Assembly (NCBI RefSeq): GCF_040938485.1
Contig: NW_027270997.1
Coordinates: forward strand, 496,001 to 560,000
Reading direction: 5' to 3'
Source: Diadema antillarum
Lineage: Eukaryota
DNA length: 64,000 bases
Below, in pieces: positions 54,132 to 64,000 of this stretch. The translations under genes were made by a program, and so were the position numbers. The notes below the pieces were generated by a model that saw only the letters and a list, made by a program, of their open reading frames with translations, made no database searches and had not been told where the DNA came from. How positions within the stretch are numbered: position 1 is the stretch's first letter; the number at the start of each line of letters is the position of its first letter.

Positions 54132-56057
54132 AGAATGTTGTTCACTGTCTCTCAAACGAGCTAAGCCCCCCCCCCCCCCCCCCCACACACACACACTCCA
54201 TTATTTCTCTCATATCTTTTGAAGCCATCGCACTTCCCAACAACCAACATAGACCACGTGTGCATGACTGCTGAATAGCATTCGTGCCGTCAACGTCACG
54301 GATATTACATCAGATGTTGTCACTGTCATCCGCGCACATCATCGGCATTCCTGTACCTATCCGTGACACTGCGCTTACATCAACAAGCACAAGGTAACGC
54401 ATACCTCGCCGATGACTGTACCCCAAGGGCAGAGTGTATCTGTGGCACACATGCGCTATTTTCTATACTTATACTTAATAAACAAAAACTATAACCGAAA
54501 AGATGGTTCTTCTGAGCTTCTTTTCAAGCTCAGAATATGAAAAATCATGACCTAACTCTTTTGTCGATGCCCATACGAAAGCTTAAAACAGGCAGCGAAT
54601 ATCAACTCCTCTAAACCTCAAGAAATAAAGAACCTGTAGTAAGTTTAGTCTGTATCCTCTTTGCATTCCTATTGCTTTTGACAAGGAGTAGCAAAATTAC
54701 CAAGAATAGTCCCTTGAGAGGTAATGTTTCCTTACCAAGTATGACATAGAGTAGCAGCTTAGGAAAAAAACAACAATAAAAAAGCAGAATATCATGCCTC
54801 CTAGTTGTCATCATCTTTGAAAATGTCTTCATGTCCAGGAAAAAAGAGCATTCCATTGCCTTGTGATTAATTGTGACAGTAAGGAAATCAATTGAAATTG
54901 GTATGTGAGGTATGTCTAACAGAGGATTCTCCTTAAAATAGATCTGTGCTTATTTATGACACCTTCTCCTACCTCTTTTCTTAGAAATGTGTGACCTTCC
55001 AATTCACGATCAATTAAAATCATAATCCAATGTATCAAGTTATTAAACACTGACTATAGCTCTGCTGCCCAGAACTATCATTATAGTCCATTTATTCATT
55101 TCATGTATACACATTCATTTGATACCTTATCATGTTTAGTTTAAAAAAAAAAAAGCTTCAGTGAAACGTTTGCAAAGTATTCTTCCCCCATGAACACATT
55201 TTGCATTGGGTCTTGTAATGTTCTATATATATCAAATAACAATAACAACATACCTTGACATTCCAATAGTCCTGTCAATCACACAGCAGTTACCTTTTCA
55301 TGTCAAAAACTCTCTTTTCTTTAAATATTTGAAGTTAGATATAAGAGACTGTTTTCTTTCTGGAGCCTAAATAGAATCAAAACTAAAGTTCTTGTATCAG
55401 CCAACAGGGAAATGAGGGAACAGTGCCATGTAACCTATTTACAAGCTACGCAAAGAATGCAAAGTGTAAATTGTCAGCCTATTACTGAGGTTACTGTTAC
55501 CATGGCAGCAACATTTGCCTGAAACCAGAGTAATGGAAGTGTACTATTCAATGAAGCATCTTGGAATACCTTCTTCTTCTTCTTCTTCTTTTGTTTTTGA
55601 CTAAGAAGATAAAAATGAGTTTGCCTGGCAAACACTTGCTTTTAGTTAGCAGCTTCAGAATGTGTGATTCTTTAACTTTTTTCCCAGGTAGCAATTAAAT
55701 ACCTATGTATAAGTTTCTATCTGATGGAAATAATCTTTACAAATTTCACACGTAGACATAATTGAAGATTGATAAATTGATAGATGATTATACATATTTT
55801 GCATTATATATCTAGTTATATCTATACATTTATATGTAATCATATATCTATATATTCATATTTTAATATTTATATACAGTTATATGTTCATTACATTAAA
55901 AAAAAAATCTCTCAGTCCCTTGAAAGATGGGATGGAGCATCCCAACGATATTCTAGGTTTTTATCACAATATATATATATATATATAATAAAACGAAGAA
56001 TAAAAAAAATAAACGGGTAATGCATTTTTTTTTTGCCAATAAAGAATGAGTTAATTT

Positions 56058-56096
56058 GACTCGAATTTTCGGCTACCTCCACCTTCTTCAGGAGTC
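56058..56096 (-). ncRNA. Minimal type-I hammerhead ribozyme motif, minus-strand copy
   Basis: Reverse complement reads GACTC-CTGAAGA-A-GGT(GGAGGTA)GCC-GAAA-AT-TC-GAGTC. Same core as the plus copy; stem II is G-C, G-C, U.G. Confidence 0.68.
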
Positions 56097-56098
56097 TC

Positions 56099-56137
56099 GA
56101 CTCCTGAAGAAGGTAGAGGCCACCGAAAATTCGAGTC
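56099..56137 (+). ncRNA. Minimal type-I hammerhead ribozyme motif (Penelope-like element type), plus-strand copy
   Basis: GACTC-CTGAAGA-A-GGT(AGAGGCC)ACC-GAAA-AT-TC-GAGTC. It has a 5-bp stem I (GACTC/GAGTC), the CUGANGA core, a 3-bp stem II, GAAA, a palindromic AATT stem III and a UC cleavage site after 56132. Confidence 0.7.
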
Positions 56138-56228
56138 GAATTAACTCATTCTTTATTGGCAAAAAAACACATTACCAGTTTATCTTTTGATTCTTCGTTA
56201 TATTGGAGCCAATACATGAGTTCTCAAC

Positions 56229-56273
<45 letters not shown>

Positions 56274-56284
56274 TATAGATATTA

Positions 56285-56481
56285 CTGTAAAGTGGAAATT
56301 TTATGATGTGGAAACTTTTGCGCATTTTGCGCAAGCACAAAAATAAAAGCATGTGAATAATTTTGCTTGCCATATGTTCCAGTGATTGAATGTCTTGATT
56401 CAGCCAAATTAGAAACACACGAAATTCATCTTTCCGGTCGTGCATGAAAAATTACTCGGGGGAAAATATCCACTTTTTCAG
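56285..56481. mobile_element. TA-flanked CTGTA-terminal MITE, related family
   Basis: ta|ctgtaaagtggaaatttt ... aaaatatccactttttcag|ta. Confidence 0.65.
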
Positions 56482-58301
56482 TATAAGACAGTCCCTTACA
56501 TTATTTGAAAGCCTGCAGGTGTTGAGTACAGGAAGATGAGGGTAATGTATCCATGGCAGACAAAATTGATTTGTGAGTGACAGAAAAGTCAGTCTACTTA
56601 TTAATTCATATCTACAGAAACAATGAATATAGTGAATGTGGGCAGGTAACCAACTGAATGAGTCTTGAACAAGACTGAGAGAGTTACATGTGGGATGGAA
56701 ATAAGTTCTAGATTGAATATTAATCATCTACGTGTGTGTATCACATATTAAGCAATGACAACACACTGTATATGCCATATATATATGTTTCCAATTCGGA
56801 CTTAATGTCAGTTTTGCCAGTGACTGAATTCAAGATCAAGAACCACAGTAATGGAAAGAAAAATGAGTAATACCTCTTTTCCAGAAGCAAAGTTAGTTTG
56901 TCACTATATTTGAAAAGATACACAAAGCTTTGGATTCCACAAATATCAGTTGGCTTGCAAAATTAACCCCCAAAAAAGACAACAACAAACTATGTAAAAA
57001 ATATTCCAAATAAACAATTATCATTAAAGTGAGCTGTAGAATGAGAAATATTTCAAGAACTAAAAAAAAATTGACTACAGGTATGCATCACAGCTGACAT
57101 TGCAATTAAGATAAATGAGTAAATGCCTCAATGATTGAGGAGTTGTTACACTAAAATCATATGGTACAAGAAATGAACATAAACACAACATGATTAGCTG
57201 GGAGACAGATAGAAAACAATACACAGTTTCATGATAAAAATGTTAGGAGACAGTCAATATTGTAACAATCTGCTGGTCAGGTGAAACAGAAGTTTCAATT
57301 AAGGATGTATACTCACAATTCAAGCAGGGCAAAAAAAAATCCAAACAACAACATACAAATTATCTATGCAGCATTGCACAGAATCAAACTTTCCTTAATA
57401 ACTCAGAGGCAAAATATCAAGCCAACCAGGGGCAGGAAGCTTCCTTAAAAGCTGCCCTTATGGAATCGGAATACTGCACCTCTCAGCAACAACAAAAACC
57501 CACACTAGTTTCATCAAGCAGGGAGGAGCGGGAGAAATCAAAGATACGAACTGGCACCATTCTAGCTCTCTAAAACATTTGGGTTAAGACCATCATCACT
57601 GAAGACATGAATGTGAGGAAAGGAGATAAAAGATGCAATGACATTCCACCAGCCAGCTATGCTGGGAATCCGGGTTGCCAGGGATGCCCCCGAGAGGAGT
57701 TGCCATAGCAACCACATACTACCAGGCTCTACTGCGGGATGTTGTGCAGAACCCATACCACTTGAACTGGTTCCATGTAGATAGAATGGCAGTAAAAGTA
57801 TATATGCCAGTCACATACAAGGTTTCCGAGGATCACATTTCATAAAGCTTTTTTAAAATGGAGCACCCTTCTACTGCATGATTTTAAACATCTTTTAGGA
57901 GCCTATCAAACCACACCAGCACACAAACTTAAATGTGTAAGATGCCACAAGCTATATTGAGATTCAGAAAAACTACTTTCAGAGGTTACCTACACATGGT
58001 ACATATTTCATCACTTTGATACACACCTTGATTATTACATAATTACAGTACACACAAAGACATGATGCTTTTTTAAAGACATCATCTGGACAATAATTCC
58101 TTTCCCTAAAATCAAGTATAATTCTCACACTGTTTTCTGAGGGATTCAAAATCAACCACTAGTCAAATTCAAAACTGAAAGTTAACAACTGCAGTGGTAA
58201 GCAACTTTGTCATGTGTGTGCTTGACGACAAACACATTCATCACTATGGCATCAAAATTAACATCATCACACAAATAGCACCCATGCCGGTAATATTGTA
58301 C

Positions 58302-58601
58302 CTGCCTTTTAATCAGCAGACTCCAAGATGGTAACCAATAGACTCGAGGAATAAAATGGCCAAAGATTTGAATGATACGCCAGCGGAGGTGACGATGAAG
58401 TTACAATCTAAACACTCCAAGCATGTGACTTTCTCTTATTCCAGGTTCACTTCCCTTCTGTCCGCTCCCTACATCTCTCCTCCTGCGAAACCTTAAAGTC
58501 TTAATTCCGCCTCGGGAGTGATGCGATCCGTAGGAGATACCGGTCTGCTGATGGGGGCGGATAGAGGATGGCGGGGAGGAGGTATCCCAAAGTGCAGCGT
58601 T
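58302..58601 (-). other. Candidate 300-nt internal 5'-UTR exon
   Basis: Acceptor cccctaactaccttag| and donor GGCAG|gtacaa, with a GC-richer body. All three frames close before the donor. Confidence 0.35.
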
Positions 58602-58905
58602 CTAAGGTAGTTAGGGGCAAACACACACGGATGTCTGGTCCCCCTTGTTTAGTTCACGATTAGTCTTTGCCTCACAATTTCCAAACTCGATACAAATCCA
58701 GACTTTGTTCTGTTGCTCTCTTGCTAAGACATGACACTTATCATCGAATCATGAGTCACGCAGCAATAGCTTGGAGTCATAATAGTTCGAAGTCACAAAG
58801 GAAAATATCAAACTGGTATCCTCTAAAGTTTACTTCAAGGGGTATATCGTGTGAGAACCAGTGCATGCCTGAGAGCATAAGTATGCTCTGGATGAGATCA
58901 CATAC

Positions 58906-59015
58906 CAGTAGGATTGGTGATAAGACTACCAAGCCATGGCATGGGCTTGCATTGAATGGCATGCGTATTGACGAGGGAATAATCTGAATCTATGCAGGCC
59001 ATCTTCCGCTTTAAA
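58906..59015 (-). promoter_or_regulatory. Candidate core promoter and non-coding first exon of the smoothelin gene
   Basis: TTTAAA (59015-59010) lies 30 nt upstream of an Inr-like TTCAGATT (A at 58985). Donor CTG|gtatgt follows position 58906. Confidence 0.3.
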
Positions 59016-59231
59016 CAGTCACATCTCTTCGTTCCCTTTTCTCCCGAACCCCCCCCTTCCCCCCCCCCCCCTTCCTCCTCCCACCTCCTCCCTCCTCCTT
59101 CCACCAGGTTCTCATCCCCCGGCTTGTCACTAGGCACAGCCTGCCCAGCAAAGCCCGGCAGAGCACTCGAACACTCTCTCCCTGCCACAGCCCAGCCCAG
59201 TCTTCTGCATGCAAGAGACCAGGGACGATGG

Positions 59232-59241
59232 CCTAATAAGG
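59232..59241. promoter_or_regulatory. CArG box (SRF site) CCTAATAAGG
   Basis: Perfect CC(A/T)6GG inside a GC-rich unique island upstream of a muscle-type gene. A few such sites are expected by chance in 64 kb of AT-rich DNA. Confidence 0.4.
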
Positions 59242-60644
59242 ACAATGGCATGCCAAAGGGTCTTCAGTCATCTCATTCCCTCCCTCTCTCTCCCCTCTCT
59301 ACCAGGAGACCGGTCCAGAGAGTACCCACTGTGTCTCTTCTATGCCTTGCCTCACCTCTGCGAAGTGCTGATACACCCAGTTTATTTTCCCTAGTATTGT
59401 GGAGACCTCATGCTATGATATTCTTGTTCAGCATCACTTCTCCACCTTCATCATTTTCACTTCTCCGCATGTTGTGGTAATAAAAACATTTTATGATTTC
59501 CGTGCCTATTTCAAGAGGCAGATCCAATCCAATCCATTTTCATATTGCATCTCCATCTCAGACGGTCTCTCCTCTTTCTTCTCTCACACCTTTGCTCGTT
59601 CTCTCATAAAATCTCTCTTCTCACATCCCACTTACTGCTCTCTCCCACCTCCTCTACTTCTTTTTCTTTCATTTTATCCTTCTCTCTCCCTCTTTCTCTT
59701 TCTCTCTCCCTCTCTCTCTCTATCCTCCTTGACTTTGTGTATAATATGTATATATGGATATACATGTACCTCCTCATATATCTTAGAGTATAAGAGAGAA
59801 GATTTGCATTAGGAAAAAAAATATGTCTAGACAGAATGATGCACTTGAATGACAAAATGTGTGTGTAATTTTGAAGATGAAGTCTATACTTGGCATTATA
59901 GTATTCACAGTTGTATTAGGGCAAGTAGAAGTCCCATTACAAGAATATGTGTATTTGTGTGTGTGGGAACATTATATACATCACTGCATACAATGTGTGT
60001 ATGTGTAGAAAAAAAAAGAGAAGACAAAAAACAAAAACAAAGAGAGTGCATAAGATGAGCATACGTGTGTGTCTGTGTGTCCTATTAGAGAGACATGTTG
60101 CAAGATGTGTTTTGATATCTGACCACTCAACACTGGTGGATGCATTAAATCTATATCAAGGAGAGTCCACTACTGCCAGAGGCTACATGAGCACATGAAA
60201 ATGAAATAGATGGTGACAGATGCAAGAACAGAATACTGTAAGACTTCACACAGAGAAATAGCCAAGATACAGAGGAAGAAGGCACACTTGATGATCACCT
60301 GTCTAATATCTAGTTCTCCTTTTTTTTTTGTGTAATTCATATCTAATTCATATGCTTCATCAAGCATTTATTTATATGTCCATATTTTGACAGTTACATA
60401 TCATATCATTTGTTCCCATCAAAGTCAAACAACTGCTTAACAAGGCTGTATCTCTACCACGTTTGCTCACTGTCTCAATTTTGTTCACAAGATTGCAACA
60501 TCATCACATGTCTTGAAAAAGTGTATTCATCTATGCTAAAATATGCACATACAAATACAGAAGAGCACGTAAATGTGTTCTCTTTCAAATCACATATCAA
60601 AGCATGAGATTGTATGAATATTATGTTGTTTGTAGAATAGGCAA

Positions 60645-60835
60645 AAATAAAATCGAAATCAAGATCAAAATATACCACTAAAAAAAAACACAAACAAAAA
60701 AAAACCAAAGTAGGCAAACATGAAATCAAAATCAAGATCAAATCATATGGTTTCAATAATAGGAAAAAAAACCAATGTAGACTACAATGAAATTTAAATC
60801 ACGATCAAATCATATTACTAGAAAAAACAAAACAA
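60645..60835. repeat. Diverged ~65-bp tandem repeat x3
   Basis: Recurring aaatcaagatcaaa(t)cata followed by A-rich spacers. Confidence 0.55.
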
Positions 60836-61019
60836 GGTATTCAGTATTGGAACACCAAAAATAGACATGCATTGGATAATATCTAGGCATCCAGCTCAAT
60901 AGATATTGATATTCATAAATCATGTTTTGCCTGCTGTGCATTGATCAGAAGACAGACTGTCAGTTCAATAAGATGGGATGATACTGCCGGAGAATGTAAT
61001 GAGATATGTGTGAACAAAA

Positions 61020-61375
61020 TCACATGCAGAGGGAAGGAAGAAGGGAAAGGGGAGAAAGGGCAGGACATGGGAGAGAGAGAGAGAGTAGGAGGGAGATGAA
61101 CAGATGGAGTGATGGAGGGATGGGGGAGAAGGAGATGGAGAGATAGAAAGGGGGAGAGATGAAGATAATACAAAGAGATGGAGAGGAAAGAGAGAGAGAG
61201 AGAGATAGAAAGAGAATAGCGAGAGTAAGAAAGATAAGAGTAGATAATTGATGACAATAGATAAGAAAGATATGAAAGATAAATAGAAAGAGATAGGGAG
61301 AAGAATCAAGGAGAGAAAGAGAGAGGGAGAGAGAGAGATGAAAGGTGGAAGAGAGGGGAGAAAGATGGGGAGCCA
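61020..61375. repeat. GA-rich low-complexity tract
   Basis: Directly visible. It produces the spurious Leu/Ser-rich minus-strand ORFs. Confidence 0.85.
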
Positions 61376-61418
61376 AACTAATCCTAAATGGACAGTCAAT
61401 ATTGGTATATATCATCAT

Positions 61419-61466
61419 ACCTAGATGGTATAGATTTGTGACCTAGATGGTATAGATTTGTGACCT
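61419..61466. repeat. Perfect 22-bp tandem duplication
   Basis: acctagatggtatagatttgtg x2 plus acct. Confidence 0.9.
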
Positions 61467-61527
61467 TGATGACAGATATATATGTATCAGCAGGATACAG
61501 ATCAGAAGCATTCCCTTAGGTTACATA

Positions 61528-61776
61528 TGAAGAGTTTGTTTGCAAAAACCGATAAGTCCATTTTTGAAGATTTTGAAGTATGGTCTTTGTCATTAAGTAC
61601 AAAATAATACCTTTTATATGATATATTGGTCAATGCATATAAAGGTACATTTTTGAAGTTAGGGTCAAAAAAAGCAAAAATTTTCTTATTATTCTCTTTA
61701 TTTTTCTTGACCTTTAATCGCAAATATTTCCATTTGGCAAATATGGACTTATCGGTTTTTGCGATCAAACTCTTCA
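61528..61776. mobile_element. MITE with ~35-bp TIRs, TA-flanked
   Basis: tgaagagtttgtttgcaaaaaccgataagtccat / atggacttatcggtttttgcgatcaaactcttca. Confidence 0.75.
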
Positions 61777-62756
61777 TATATCCCAAAAATGTGTTTCATG
61801 CACTTATCCTCATAAAGTTTGTTCCCTAAAACTTCTCCCTGAATGGGTGCCATATGGTGAAACAACCCCCAAAATCAAAGCAAAGACAAAATGAAGACAA
61901 TACTGTGTCTTTTTTGTCAAATATATCAAACATTTCAAAATTCATGAAATCATGATTACTGATATTGATTTCCTTGTTTATTTCCATGTTTTCTTAACTT
62001 TGCGGTTACAAAAATATATTGCATGGACTATTTCCTTTTTGGCATTTTATACATCAGTGACATCTTCTTAATGGTTTGACTAAATGCCATGTAATAGTGC
62101 ACACTGAATTAACTTCTATTTTCATTTATCTGCTGTAGCAGGAACCATACTAATCAACAGTATTCCTTATCACATTCAAATTAATCTTCGATTAAAAAAA
62201 AGTATCAAAGTATGAGTTTGTTACTTGCATTTGGAAAGGCATATAGTCAAAGTGGAAAGTATCAATGGAATGAATGAACAGAGAATCTCATTTCGAGATT
62301 GACTTATAAGGTTATGAAAATATTGACGCAGTTCCCATATAGAACAATGAAATTAGCTTTGTTGGATCAAAAATCCAGTTTCTTGCCCAAATACAGCTAC
62401 ATTTTGTTCTAGACATCTTGGAAATGCAGTTGTAGGTGAATGAATATCACCAACAAATTTTGTCTCACACTGCTACAATACTGAATATTAGTATCAGGTG
62501 AAATCGGTCTTTTTCTCTGACTACAAGTGTCATCTATCTATAGTATGTGATGGATGTTAGATGAATATGTGCTGAATGGACTTAACAGCTTTTTCAAGCA
62601 TTGCAGGAGAACCCTGTGCAAAAAGATTACTGAATATGTGAGCACAAAAGCAACTAGATTAACAAAATTTCAATAAAAAATATTTATACCTCTCTATCTA
62701 AACGATTGGGATTCATTTCAAAAGTACAAGAATCATTATAACCAATAGGGTCAGCA

Positions 62757-62762
62757 TTCATT

Positions 62763-62795
<33 letters not shown>

Positions 62796-62932
62796 TTCCC
62801 CAACCTCTCGATCCTCATTATCATTATCAATGTCACATTTTCATATCACTGTAATCATTACCATTGGTGTTATTATCATTATCAATATCAATGTTATCAT
62901 CATCATAGTTACTAGTCATCATCATCATCATC
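62757..62932. repeat. (ATC)n microsatellite region
   Basis: Directly visible. Confidence 0.85.
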
Positions 62933-63299
62933 TCCAATCCTATGACAACGTAAATGTAAACAGAAGAAGAGAGAGGAAGGAAAAATGAAAATGAAGATCA
63001 AGGAAAGGAGGAAGTCAGGACAGAGAATGAGCTCTCCTGCGCATTAGGGGATCATCTGCCGGAATGCTACGCCGCGTTGTCATTGCATTAGGCCGACAAA
63101 TCAAGTTAGAGCCCACCTTGGCAACCACGCCTGTGCAACTGAGCCGTTTCTCCATCCCCCCACATGCCCGTCACACTGTGGGATATGGCTGACATGGAGC
63201 ATAACCTCGCTTCAAGACTGGGATGCATTTATCATCATTTCTTTCAGAAATAAAGTCATGGATATGGCCTGACCAAAATCTGCAATTAGATTTTTACCG

Positions 63300-63591
63300 T
63301 CCATTTGACACCAGGGACAAAACATGAGAAATTGTGGTCGCACATAGCTGTTCAGAAACAAAAAATTCTGATGGAGAAATTTGTGTGACTTCGCTTAAAT
63401 CTTGCTGAAACGAGAGTTCAGAAATGGGGAAAAATTGTAACAACCTCAATACCTTCAAATCTGAATTGAAGACATATCTTTTCAAGAAACTTTGAGAATG
63501 ATGTGTGATACATTGTGAGAGCCGGGCGCCTTTGAATGTTTCTATGGATAAATGGCGCTATATAAATGCTGTTTCATCAACATCATCATCA
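63300..63591 (+). mobile_element. 3' end of an L2/CR1-type LINE
   Basis: Frame ends ...NNLNTFKSELKTYLFKKL* (TGA 63493-63495), matching the L2 ORF2 C-terminal motif F(K)..LKT.LF. It is followed by ggcgctatataaat and a (CAT)n tail. The 5' boundary is approximate. Confidence 0.7.
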
Positions 63592-64000
63592 AAAAGGACA
63601 TCCTTCTTCATGTCATTTACGCACAAACATTCCTTGTCATGCTTTCCCCAGTTATCTCCAGTGCGTCAGTGTGATTTACAGCCATTTCAGGTAACAAGGG
63701 CAGGAGTTATACCTCACACGGTATCGGGCCACATAAACAACACAGAGCTGTTTACTAAATGACTCGGTGAGGGATCGGTATGCTGCCCGCATGCTGATTG
63801 GTCAATTCATTTCAAATCTGGAGGGTTGCGCCAACTGACCTTTAAGTATCACAGCCTCTGGATGACATACACCAATTGAACCTGACAGCTATCTAGGTTT
63901 TATTCGGACGCAGGTAGAGAGATATTGTATGTGACTGAAGGGCTTCATGATGTCTGAGCCACTATATGTATATATATAACTCAGGCTGGTATAGCATCAC

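Larger units (their letters stand above)
55985..56203. mobile_element. ~220-bp palindrome, probable Penelope-like element terminal-repeat remnant (inverted pair)
   Basis: Arms are reverse complements centred on 56097-56098 (e.g. gccaataaagaatgagttaat / attaactcattctttattggc). The palindrome carries the hammerhead motifs and has (TA)n tracts on both sides. Confidence 0.6.

Noticed and set aside
13990-57610. Other CTGANGA matches (e.g. near 13998, 19566, 37079, 44696, 57599) as hammerheads
   Set aside because: None has a stem II followed by GAAA and a pairing stem I.

Overview
AT-rich animal genomic DNA with six assembly gaps. The repeat landscape and poly-G/C tracts suggest a marine invertebrate deuterostome such as a sea urchin (inference). 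The one well-supported gene is a minus-strand smoothelin-family gene. It has 8 phase-compatible coding exons from ATG 38839 to TAA 16741 (1062 nt, 353 aa): an N-terminal Smoothelin motif, a Thr/Ser-rich region, a Lys/Glu coiled coil, a poly-Gly hinge and a C-terminal calponin-homology (CH) domain. Several candidate non-coding 5' exons and a CArG/TATA-like/Inr-like promoter candidate lie at 42-59 kb. Candidate alternative first exons of a second minus-strand gene, which would run off the left edge, lie at 0.5-10 kb. Introns and flanks carry many non-autonomous DNA transposons (TTAA-flanked Kolobok-like and piggyBac-like, TA-flanked, Harbinger-like, Helentron-like, and a 7-bp-TSD family), an L2-type LINE 3' end, microsatellites and diverged tandem duplications. 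The most notable non-coding signal is a ~220-bp palindrome at 56.0-56.2 kb holding two back-to-back minimal type-I hammerhead ribozyme motifs, one per strand, of the kind known from Penelope-like retroelements. Almost all ORFs in the supplied track are spurious. No tRNA, rRNA or CRISPR array was found.
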